A stretch of DNA of 8,920 nucleotides from a virus (lineage: Duplodnaviria > Heunggongvirae > Uroviricota > Caudoviricetes). Location of the stretch: the IMG/VR virus record IMGVR_UViG_2713896787_000010; one strand, 5' to 3'. Shown here piece after piece: positions 1-6,832 of the stretch; position 1 is the first letter of the stretch, and each line of letters starts with the position of its first letter. Position numbers and translations under genes: made by a program. The notes under the pieces are model-generated. The model was not told the origin of the DNA, ran no database searches, and saw only the letters and a program-made list of their open reading frames with translations.

Positions 1-2030
1 CCTCTGCACCGGTCAGCATCGCCGCCATATTCTGTGCAATACCGTCAAAGGTCTGCGTGGCCGCGCTTTTAACCTGCGAAAAACTGTCCGTCGCACTTTC
101 TGCCCACTCGCCCCAGCCGGACTTCAGACCGGCCATCCAGCTTCCACGAAGCTGCTCCTCCGCAGACCAGGTGTTCTTCAGTGCAGATGTGGCCTTCGCC
201 AGCGCATCCGGATTATCACCGTACACGTCACGAAGGCGCTGCTCTTCCGACTCCCGCTGCACCTGACGGTCGGTGAGGCCCCGCGCCTGGGCACTGATTG
301 CCGCCTGCTTCGCGCCCTGCTGCTGCTCAAACCGCGCAGCCTGCTGTGCCAGCTCATTCAGGCGTTTCTGGTATTCAACCTTGTCGCCCAGCTCAGCCAG
401 NNNNNNNNNNNNNNNNNNNNNNNNNNNNNNNNNNNNNNNNNNNNNNNNNNAACTGTCGTTTCGTGGCAGCCTCTTTCAGGACCGCATACTGACTTTCCGC
501 CTTCCATAAATCGCGACGCTGCTGGCTGATTTTCCCATTCGCACCGCTGTGTTTTTCCAGCGTCCGGAGCTCGGTTTCAAGCGCCAGCAGGGCAGCATGC
601 GCCTGGTCTTCCTGACGCTCACCGGCTGACACTTTGACTCCTGACGACTTCGGCTTTTTCAGCGTCGATTCATAATCCTTTTTCGCCGCCGCCATCAGCG
701 TGTTGTAATCCGCCTGCAGGATTTTCCCGTCTTTCAGGGCCTTATTCAGTTCTTCCTGACGGGCGGTATATTTCTCCAGCGGCGTCAGCAGACGCTCATA
801 CGCCTTCTGCGCCTCTCCGGTATACTTCAGCTGTGATGCGTCCCGTTCGGCCCGGTCCCTGGCGGCCAGTTCACCGGCTTTTTCCATATCCGACTGCAGC
901 GTGGCCGCTGCCAGCCCCAGACGGGCATTTTCCCGGTCATTCCATGCGCCCTGAAGGTTGGCCCGGAAAGAGGAGGTTTTACCGCGGCGCTGGCTCCGAC
1001 TCTGGTACCACTGCCATTTTTTATCCGCCTCATCAAATGCCTTCTGCGCACTGGCGAGCATATCCGCTGAGGATTCCGGACGACCGATATCCAGAATGGC
1101 ATCCCACATCGATTTGAATGCCTTCCCTGTTTTATCCGCCCAGGTCTCCAGTGTTCCCATGTTTTCTTTCAGGCGACGGGTCTGCTCATCAAAGCCTTTC
1201 GTGGCGATATCGTTCGCCGCCTGCAATGCCCCGGCCTCGTCTCCGGAACGCTGCAGCTGTGCAACATACGCAATCTGCTCTGCCGTCACGTTACGGAACT
1301 GGCGCGCCATCGCCATCAGTCCCGACGTCGGGTCAGTGGTCAGCTTCCCGAAGGCTTCAGCGACTTTATCCACCTCCACACCGGATGCAGACGCAAAACG
1401 CGCGACACTCTGGTTGATGGCATCAAACTGTTCACCACCACGCACACCGGCATTCACCAGGGCTGCCAGTGACTCTCTCGCCTGGTTAAACGTCAGCCCT
1501 GCTGCCTGCCCGGCTCTTGAGAGAGTCAGCATACGATCGGCAGTCAGTCCGGACTGATTACCGGAAAGAACCAGGGTTTTATTAAACGCTGAAAGCGTGG
1601 AATCCCCCTGGTACCAGGCGTACGCCAGCGCACCTGTCGCCACCGCCAGCGAGGTGACCCCGACCATCGGCAGGGTGATCGCACCGGCAAGCCCCCTGAA
1701 CATGGGGATCATCCCGCCGAAGGAGTCCTTCACCTGACCGCCCTGTTGCAGCAGGATCAGCCAGGGATTCTGACCACCGGCAAGCTGCGTGGCGATATCC
1801 GTAAACTGTGCGGGCAGGGTTCGCATGGCCGCTTTATACTGCCCGACGGAAATCCCGGCTTTTTGTGCAGCCAGCGCCTGGCGGCTCAGGCCCTGTTCAA
1901 CAGCACTGGCGGTTTTTCTGGCGTCGGTATCCAGACCTGAAAAATGACGCCTTACCCGGCTCATCTGCTCATCGAAACGGACCGCATCCAGACTAAGGTC
2001 AATAACAAGATCACCAACCGGCTGGGACAT
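1..2030 (-). CDS. H: Tail tape measure protein, N-terminal ~2/3 (lambda gpH-like); partial, 3' end lies beyond the left edge; interrupted by N-run 401-450
   Basis: ORF 393..2030 (-) begins MSQPVGDLVIDLSLDAVRFDEQ... and is near-collinear with lambda gpH as recalled. Reverse-complement of 1..400 continues the same protein (LAELGDKVEYQKRLNELAQQ...GLTDRQ...WMAGLKSGW...FDGIAQNMAAMLTG), so the gene extends to position 1. ATG at 2030..2028 is preceded by GGAGGTG. The stop at 393 in the ORF track is a frame artefact of the N-run. Confidence 0.9.
401..450. other. Assembly gap / masked run of 50 N inside H
   Basis: Run of n; the H reading frame on the two sides is not connected by a 50-nt spacer, so the length is a placeholder. 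Confidence 0.9.
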
Positions 2031-2882
2031 ATCTCACACCTCCGGAAATCCCCGCTGAAGCCATCATTAATGCGGCATCATCCACCATGACATCCGCCAC
2101 ATCCGCAGACGATAAAATATCGCGCCCTCCGTCCCCACCGAACCGGACGCCTCCGGCAAGTCCTGCCGCTTTCTGCATCAGCATTTTGTCCTCATCCGGC
2201 CTCTCCACCTGCTCTTCCTCATGCCGGGGGACAAGCAGACTGAAATCAGAGGGATGCATATCCGGATCGCAAAAAAACAGGCTGAGTACAGCGTACGTCA
2301 GCCCGGAAAAATGCATATCCAGCTGGGTATCCTGAAAATAATGCGTGCGGTAAAAACGGTGCCAGTCGGCATATTCGGTGGATGTCATCCCGGCAAGCAT
2401 GGCGCGCCAGTCGGGTCTCCCCATCTCACGCGCCAGTCTGAGGGCAAAGTTCAGCTCGCCGTCGAAGACTTTCCCGCAGAAAAATCATCATCAGTCAGCG
2501 TGTTATTTTTCGCCACTTCAGTAATATCAGTATCCGGACGAACAGCTTCGATCATCCCGGACAGGCACAACACCACGTCTTCCGCCCGGGCAATGGCATC
2601 GGCAGGCCAGGTGGTGAGCACTTCCTGCTCTATCTTCATCACGGCCTCATTCATTGACGGTGACTCCGTTTTCTGTGGATGGTTATGCCACAGGGACATC
2701 GCCACCAGAAACGCGCCGGTTCTGACAAGGTCTTCCACGCTCACCTGCAGGTTACCGCTGGCTTCAGCCTGTTCTGCCCGTCGTTTCAGCAGGGCAAGAT
2801 GCTCGATACGCTGCAGCGCAGACAGCTCGGAAAGCGTGACGGACACACCGTTATATTCAAATTGTTCGGTTTTCAGAAACAT
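2011..2882 (-). CDS. T: G-T fusion tail assembly chaperone (gpGT-like), predicted to be made by -1 programmed ribosomal frameshift at the GGGAAAG heptamer near the 3' end of G
   Basis: The -1 frame after the heptamer reads GKVFDGELNFALRLAREMGRPDWRAMLAGMTSTEYADWHRFY..., continuous with ORF 2011..2424; there is no credible independent start or SD for T. The T stop (2011-2013) overlaps the H start (2030). Confidence 0.8.
2451..2882 (-). CDS. G: Tail assembly chaperone G (lambda gpG-like), 143 aa
   Basis: Protein MFLKTEQFEYNGVSVTLSELSALQRIEHLALLKRRAEQAE...AMSLWHNHPQKT... closely resembles lambda gpG; ATG at 2882..2880 preceded by GGAGG; position between V and T/H as in lambda. Confidence 0.9.
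   Translation of the reverse strand: MFLKTEQFEYNGVSVTLSELSALQRIEHLALLKRRAEQAEASGNLQVSVEDLVRTGAFLVAMSLWHNHPQKTESPSMNEAVMKIEQEVLTTWPADAIARAEDVVLCLSGMIEAVRPDTDITEVAKNNTLTDDDFSAGKSSTAS
2469..2475 (-). promoter_or_regulatory. Slippery heptamer G GGA AAG (-1 programmed frameshift site, G into T frame)
   Basis: Minus-strand sequence ...TTT TCT GCG GGA AAG TCT TCG ACG GCG AGC TGA; the heptamer sits 6 codons before the G stop, same heptamer and position as the lambda G-T frameshift. Confidence 0.8.
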
Positions 2883-2895
2883 GTATTACCTCCGT

Positions 2896-3489
2896 TTACC
2901 CTGCAGCGCCCGCTTCAGTAACGGTGACTTNNNNNNNNNNNNNNNNNNNNNNNNNNNNNNNNNNNNNNNNNNNNNNNNNNCCGTCAGGGTGGTTGTTTTC
3001 CCTTTTGCCACCGTACCGGATGTCGGCGTCACCTTAATCGCACTGACCGGCGTAATTTCGCTGCGTTCTTCCGCCACAGAAGGTTTACCCACGTTGGTCA
3101 CTTTCACCGTACGGGTGATCACTTCCTTCGCCGTTACGGCCTTACCGATACTGCTGACCCAGCCACGGAACACATCCACCGTGCCGTTCGGGAAACGGAT
3201 TTTATAGGCCCGCACATCCCCGCTTTCAAACCAGCCTATAAGCCCTTTCTGNNNNNNNNNNNNNNNNNNNNNNNNNNNNNNNNNNNNNNNNNNNNNNNNN
3301 NTCATCATCCAGGTAGTTATCATCGTAGGGTTCTGCCGTCATCTCGCCCGGCGTCAGATCCTTTACCTGTGCCAGTCGCTGCCAGTTATCGTCTGACAAC
3401 GGGTTTGCATAGGCATCACCCTGACCGTTATAAACCCACAGGGTGGTACCGGCACCTTTTACCGGTGCCAGAGGATTTGGTGTTGGCAT
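2896..3489 (-). CDS. V: Major tail tube protein (lambda gpV-like), interrupted by two N-runs (2931-2980, 3252-3301)
   Basis: N-terminus [62 protein letters not shown]; middle piece ...[52 protein letters not shown]...; C-terminal end reads ...[10 protein letters not shown] then TAA at 2898..2896. The two flanks share a frame and the middle piece is in another, so the N-runs are not true-length. Confidence 0.85.
2931..2980. other. Assembly gap / masked run of 50 N inside V (C-terminal Ig-like region)
   Basis: Run of n; the frame changes across it; by comparison with lambda gpV more than 50 nt appears to be missing. Confidence 0.9.
3252..3301. other. Assembly gap / masked run of 50 N inside V (N-terminal domain)
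   Basis: Run of n; the frame changes across it. Confidence 0.9.
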
Positions 3490-3496
3490 ATCGTCC

Positions 3497-3995
3497 TCAC
3501 ATCTCGTATGTAATGGAATAAGTCAAATCAGCAGAACTCCATAACGCCATATCGTCATCACGACGATACTCATAGCCCTGCGTAACCATCGTNNNNNNNN
3601 NNNNNNNNNNNNNNNNNNNNNNNNNNNNNNNNNNNNNNNNNNCATAACGCCATATCGTCATCACGACGATACTCATAGCCCTGCGTAACCATCGTGGTAA
3701 TCAGGCCTGACAGTGCCGGGATCGCACTCATCGCCGGATAAATCCGGCTTTCCATCCACGAATCCAGCTCTGAATCCGGCACCTGAGCAGGCAGGAAAAC
3801 TTCAATATGCAGCTCCGCCTGCCAGGTATCGCTGTCCAGCGCTTCGCCCGTGTATTCAGCGCCGGTGAGATAAACAGCAATTGCCGGAAAATCCGCCTCA
3901 TCAAAAACAGCGGGGCGACCATCAAACAGCGTCGCCCCGTGTTCATGCTGCTCGAGTGCATCCAGCACTGCAGCACGGATATCAGTATGTTTCAT
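3497..3995 (-). CDS. U: Tail terminator / tail tube completion protein (lambda gpU-like); contains N-run 3593-3642 and a flanking 53-bp duplication that is probably an assembly artefact
   Basis: Protein [51 protein letters not shown]...; after the gap the frame continues ...[18 protein letters not shown] then TGA at 3499..3497. Removing the 50 N plus one 53-bp copy leaves 396 nt = 131 aa + stop, the length of lambda gpU. ATG at 3995..3993 overlaps the Z stop (ATGA). Confidence 0.85.
3593..3642. other. Assembly gap of 50 N inside U, flanked by an exact 53-bp direct duplication (3540-3592 = 3643-3695)
   Basis: cataacgccatatcgtcatcacgacgatactcatagccctgcgtaaccatcgt is present on both sides of the N-run; this looks like unmerged overlapping contig ends. 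Confidence 0.85.
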
Positions 3996-4567
3996 CGCTT
4001 TATCACAATCCTTAGTTGTTGTTTCAACGCATAGCCCAGTTCTTTTGGCAGACGTTCTCGCCGGATACGGTTAACGTTCTCATCAAAAGCCTGCTTCAGT
4101 GGGGCCGCCATCGGAATTTTAACCACCTGAATGGGAAGACGATTACGCTTTTTCCTTCCTTTATCGTCATTGCCCTTCGCATACCGGGCTTCTGGCAAAC
4201 GTTGCATAACATGCCAGCGCCCATTATTTAATCGCTGGATGAATGCCCGCTGATAACGATGCTGACCGGCTTTAAGTATGCTGTTCGGACGATGACCAAG
4301 CATCCTGATCCCCAGCTTAATAGCAGGGAGATCACCGCGGTTAACGATAATTCTGGCATTCGGATTTCTGACCGTCGCCCGTTTCAGTCTGGACCGTTCC
4401 TTTACCAGTTTCCGGCTCACCCTGGTCTCCCGGGCAACCTGTGATGAAGACTGATTAATCGCCGTTGTAGCCACGCGGTTAATAGCCATTGCTGAAGCCG
4501 ACGGAATGGCGTTTTTACGAACCCGGCTCAGATTTTCAATCGCCTGATCAAGCCCTTTTATCGCCAT
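3992..4567 (-). CDS. Z: Tail completion protein (lambda gpZ-like), 191 aa
   Basis: MAIKGLDQAIENLSRVRKNAIPSASAMAINRVATTAINQSSSQVARETRVSRKLVKERSRLKRATV...[23 protein letters not shown] is very similar to lambda gpZ; position between FII and U. Confidence 0.9.
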   Translation of the reverse strand: MAIKGLDQAIENLSRVRKNAIPSASAMAINRVATTAINQSSSQVARETRVSRKLVKERSRLKRATVRNPNARIIVNRGDLPAIKLGIRMLGHRPNSILKAGQHRYQRAFIQRLNNGRWHVMQRLPEARYAKGNDDKGRKKRNRLPIQVVKIPMAAPLKQAFDENVNRIRRERLPKELGYALKQQLRIVIKR

Positions 4568-4581
4568 AATTCACCCTGCGT

Positions 4582-4935
4582 TTATCGTCGCCGGTTAACT
4601 GCGGGTGGTTGCCCACGGTTCAGCCAGAGATAACAACTGCCCCCGTCATCCGGAGAAACACGATCCACCCAGAACGTCTCACCATTAATGGTCAACGTGT
4701 CACCACGCCGCACGGCACGAACCGTATCCGTCCGCACAAATAATGACGGGCTGCTTCCTTCAATACGGATCCCACTACTGGCAAACCCCAGCGACTCCGG
4801 ATCGTCAAAAACCCCCTGAACTTCGCTGCCACACTGTGCCCCCGAGGTGAACTGCGCACAGAGCCCCATCACTTCAACGATCGTACTGTCTACCCCGGCG
4901 AGGGCAGCATCAAAGGCATTCTGAAAATCACGCAT
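4582..4935 (-). CDS. FII: Head-tail joining protein (lambda gpFII-like), 117 aa
   Basis: MRDFQNAFDAALAGVDSTIVEVMG...GVFDDPESLGFASSGIRIEGSSPSLFVRTDTVRAVRRGDTLTINGETFWVDRVSPDDGGSCYLWLNRGQPPAVNRRR is near-identical in its C-terminal half to lambda gpFII; start overlaps the FI stop by 8 nt. Confidence 0.9.
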   Translation of the reverse strand: MRDFQNAFDAALAGVDSTIVEVMGLCAQFTSGAQCGSEVQGVFDDPESLGFASSGIRIEGSSPSLFVRTDTVRAVRRGDTLTINGETFWVDRVSPDDGGSCYLWLNRGQPPAVNRRR

Positions 4936-5311
4936 ATTCAGCCGTTCCGTGCTGTATCATGGCCGTTGCCAGTGATGATGGCACCAGAACACGCATACCC
5001 CGTAACGCCAGCTCAACGGGACGACCTGTCTCCGGGCAATACCCCATTACTTGCAGGCACTTCCGTACCCGGACGGCTTTAACATCATCCGGAGCATCCG
5101 TGTTGTTCAACTGCTCACCATCGTCTGTGTGATTTTGATCAGCCCCGCTCTCATCAGAGTGCATAATGCCCTCCGGGGAAACAGCAAGCTCCTCTTCCCA
5201 CTCAGACACACGTTGAGCAATATCCGCAGCACTCCCCGACATATCCGCCTCGCGCCCCAGCAGGCCAGCCAGTTGACGAAGACGATTCAGATTTTCTTCT
5301 TTTGTTGCCAT
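4928..5311 (-). CDS. FI: DNA packaging / head assembly accessory protein (lambda gpFI-like), ~127 aa from the ATG at 5311
   Basis: ORF-track ORF 4928..5359 starts at a GTG inside the upstream hairpin; the ATG at 5311..5309 (MATKEENLNRLRQLAGLL...) has a perfect AGGAGG 5 nt upstream and gives a lambda-FI-like length. Acidic low-complexity centre and conserved C-terminus as in FI. Confidence 0.8.
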   Translation of the reverse strand: MATKEENLNRLRQLAGLLGREADMSGSAADIAQRVSEWEEELAVSPEGIMHSDESGADQNHTDDGEQLNNTDAPDDVKAVRVRKCLQVMGYCPETGRPVELALRGMRVLVPSSLATAMIQHGTAEYA

Positions 5312-5325
5312 CTCAGCCTCCTGTG

Positions 5326-5354
5326 AAAAAAGACACGGGGGCATTTCGCCCCCG
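5326..5354 (-). terminator. Intrinsic-terminator-like element in the E-FI spacer: 7-bp GC stem (5336-5342 / 5348-5354), 5-nt loop, then U-tract
   Basis: Minus-strand RNA: CGGGGGC-GAAAU-GCCCCCG UGUC UUUUUU, immediately followed by the FI Shine-Dalgarno AGGAGG and ATG. No equivalent on the plus strand. Confidence 0.5.
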
Positions 5355-5362
5355 CTCACGGA

Positions 5363-6391
5363 TTATTTCACCTGTACCACCACAAACTCATCCGGGTCCG
5401 GCAACACCATCAGCGGCGCGGACTGCGTCATGGTAAATTCACGGGCGGGATCCCCTACCGTCAGCCAGTGTTTCGGATAACGGGAAGAGGCCACCACACC
5501 TTCGGACAACGCCTGCGCATCCTGAATGGCACCATAGCAACGAATGCCCTCTGCTGCCGTATTCCCCAGGACCAGCGAGCCCTCAGGCAGATAACGTTTT
5601 TCGGTACCGTCCTCTGCCACATAAGACGTTTTTGCCACCACAATGGCCAGATCGCCGTAATACCCTTTGAAGGACACCACCGCGCCCAGGTCTTTCACCG
5701 CTGTTTCGAGTTGCGAATTAGAGCCGCGACGGGTATCCAGTTTTTCGCGGAACAATTTAAAGCCATTCAGCAGACGCCAGACGGTACCGTCCATAATGGC
5801 AATATTCACAAGACCGCTGGCCTGGTCGCAGTAGAGGTCAAGATCATGTGTAGGATCGAACGTGTCACGATCCTGTTTTGACCACTCCTTACCACTACCC
5901 TGAGTGATGTTATTCTTCGTCGACCTGCCAAAATCGACCTCAATTTTCTCGAACTGGTCTCCTTCCATCGTGTATTTGCCATACAGCACGGCATTCACCG
6001 CCTGCATTTCTTCCACCTGGACAATGGCGTGCTCTTCCTGTTTGAGGTTATCAGTGATGATACGCAGACGACGGTAGGCCGGGTCGTTCAGCTGAGCCGG
6101 ATCTTCACCGGGAAGACGCTCAACCGCCTGCTGGTAATTAAATTCGTGTTTCGGCTTGACGTAGCCCGGACGTAACACGCGGGTTTCACCACCACGATGA
6201 CGCAGCACTTTTCCTTCAACAACCGGGGAAACATAGGCCGCCACCGGCGTTTTTCCGGTAATTTTGTCCAGCATCACCTCTTCGGTATGGAAATTCACCG
6301 TACGGCGGAAAAACAGCTCCAGAAACAGCGCACGAAATTTCACTTTTTGTTCGGTATAACCGAGTAACTGGCGGGTCGTAAACAATCCCAT
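5363..6391 (-). CDS. E: Major capsid protein (lambda gpE-like), 342 aa
   Basis: MGLFTTRQLLGYTEQKVKFRALFLELFFRR...PGYVKPKHEFNYQQAVERLPGEDPAQLNDPAYRRLRIITDNL...KLDTRRGSNSQLETAVKDLG...GDPAREFTMTQSAPLMVLPDPDEFVVVQVK is collinear with lambda gpE over its full length; ATG at 6391..6389. Confidence 0.95.
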   Translation of the reverse strand: MGLFTTRQLLGYTEQKVKFRALFLELFFRRTVNFHTEEVMLDKITGKTPVAAYVSPVVEGKVLRHRGGETRVLRPGYVKPKHEFNYQQAVERLPGEDPAQLNDPAYRRLRIITDNLKQEEHAIVQVEEMQAVNAVLYGKYTMEGDQFEKIEVDFGRSTKNNITQGSGKEWSKQDRDTFDPTHDLDLYCDQASGLVNIAIMDGTVWRLLNGFKLFREKLDTRRGSNSQLETAVKDLGAVVSFKGYYGDLAIVVAKTSYVAEDGTEKRYLPEGSLVLGNTAAEGIRCYGAIQDAQALSEGVVASSRYPKHWLTVGDPAREFTMTQSAPLMVLPDPDEFVVVQVK

Positions 6392-6420
6392 AAATCAGTT
6401 CCTTTCATTCAGAAATCAGT

Positions 6421-6440
6421 CAGGCCACCGCGGTGGCCTG
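6421..6440 (-). repeat. Perfect 20-bp GC-rich palindrome (CAGGCCACCGCGGTGGCCTG) in the D-E intergenic spacer; potential RNA hairpin
   Basis: The sequence 6421-6440 equals its own reverse complement; it lies 8 nt downstream of the D stop and about 30 nt upstream of the E start. It contains a SacII-type CCGCGG core. No U-tract follows on the transcribed strand. Confidence 0.6.
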
Positions 6441-6448
6441 ATAACGTG

Positions 6449-6796
6449 TTACGGCAGCGCCGCGTGACTCAGGGCACTGCCGGCAAAGGCGTTGGCCTTT
6501 TTGTGTTCATCCACACTTTCAGGCCAGCGGATTGCCTCCGTCGCAAAGGTCCCCGACTTGTAATAGGTCAGCGCCGTCTCTGTGCCTTCAAGCGGCAGTA
6601 CCAGTATGCCAACCGCACTACCGGCTTTTTGTCCGTCCCAGACCACCAGTTTCCCGGTGGCCTCATCCAGCATCAGGGGCGTCAGTGCCGGTGTTGCCGA
6701 GGAAATCCCGCTGCTGCCTGTGGCGGTATGAGCCGGATCATTACCGGCAAAAATACGTATTTCCGCACGCTGTTCAGTGATAGTTTTCGTCACCAT
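6449..6796 (-). CDS. D: Head decoration / capsid stabilisation protein (lambda gpD-like), 115 aa
   Basis: MVTKTITEQRAEIRIFAGNDPAHTATGSSGISSATPALTPLMLDEATGKLVVWDGQKAGSAVGILV...YYKSGTF...AFAGSA matches the gpD family; ATG at 6796 preceded by AGGAGG. Confidence 0.9.
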   Translation of the reverse strand: MVTKTITEQRAEIRIFAGNDPAHTATGSSGISSATPALTPLMLDEATGKLVVWDGQKAGSAVGILVLPLEGTETALTYYKSGTFATEAIRWPESVDEHKKANAFAGSALSHAALP

Positions 6797-6832
6797 ATTG
6801 TAAAAACCTCCTGTTGATGGTCAGCACTGGCT

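Noticed and set aside
958-1557. 199-aa and 99-aa plus-strand ORFs (958..1557, 1118..1417)
   Set aside because: Antisense to the tape measure gene H, whose identity is well supported; no SD and no recognisable protein features.
2221-3207. 328-aa ORF on the plus strand
   Set aside because: It lies entirely antisense to the strongly supported G and V genes, spans two N-runs, has a low-complexity Ser/Thr/Ala/Arg-rich composition typical of antisense frames in GC-rich DNA, and has no recognisable start context.
3540-3695. 53-bp direct repeat as a mobile-element target-site duplication or attachment site
   Set aside because: The repeat flanks only a 50-N placeholder inside a conserved gene, and removing one copy restores an exact lambda-length U ORF, so an assembly overlap is far more likely.
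5312-5359. Longer FI ORF starting at GTG 5359 (MSGGEMPPCLFSQEAEM...)
   Set aside because: That GTG lies inside the terminator-like hairpin and has no SD, whereas the ATG at 5311 has a perfect AGGAGG at optimal spacing and gives a lambda-like FI length.
5468-5881. 137-aa plus-strand ORF inside E, and plus-strand ORFs 6446..6817 / 6532..6780 inside D
   Set aside because: Embedded antisense in the major capsid and decoration genes; no independent support.
6421-6440. D-E palindrome as a rho-independent terminator
   Set aside because: There is no U-tract after the stem on the transcribed strand, so I list it only as a palindrome or possible RNA hairpin.
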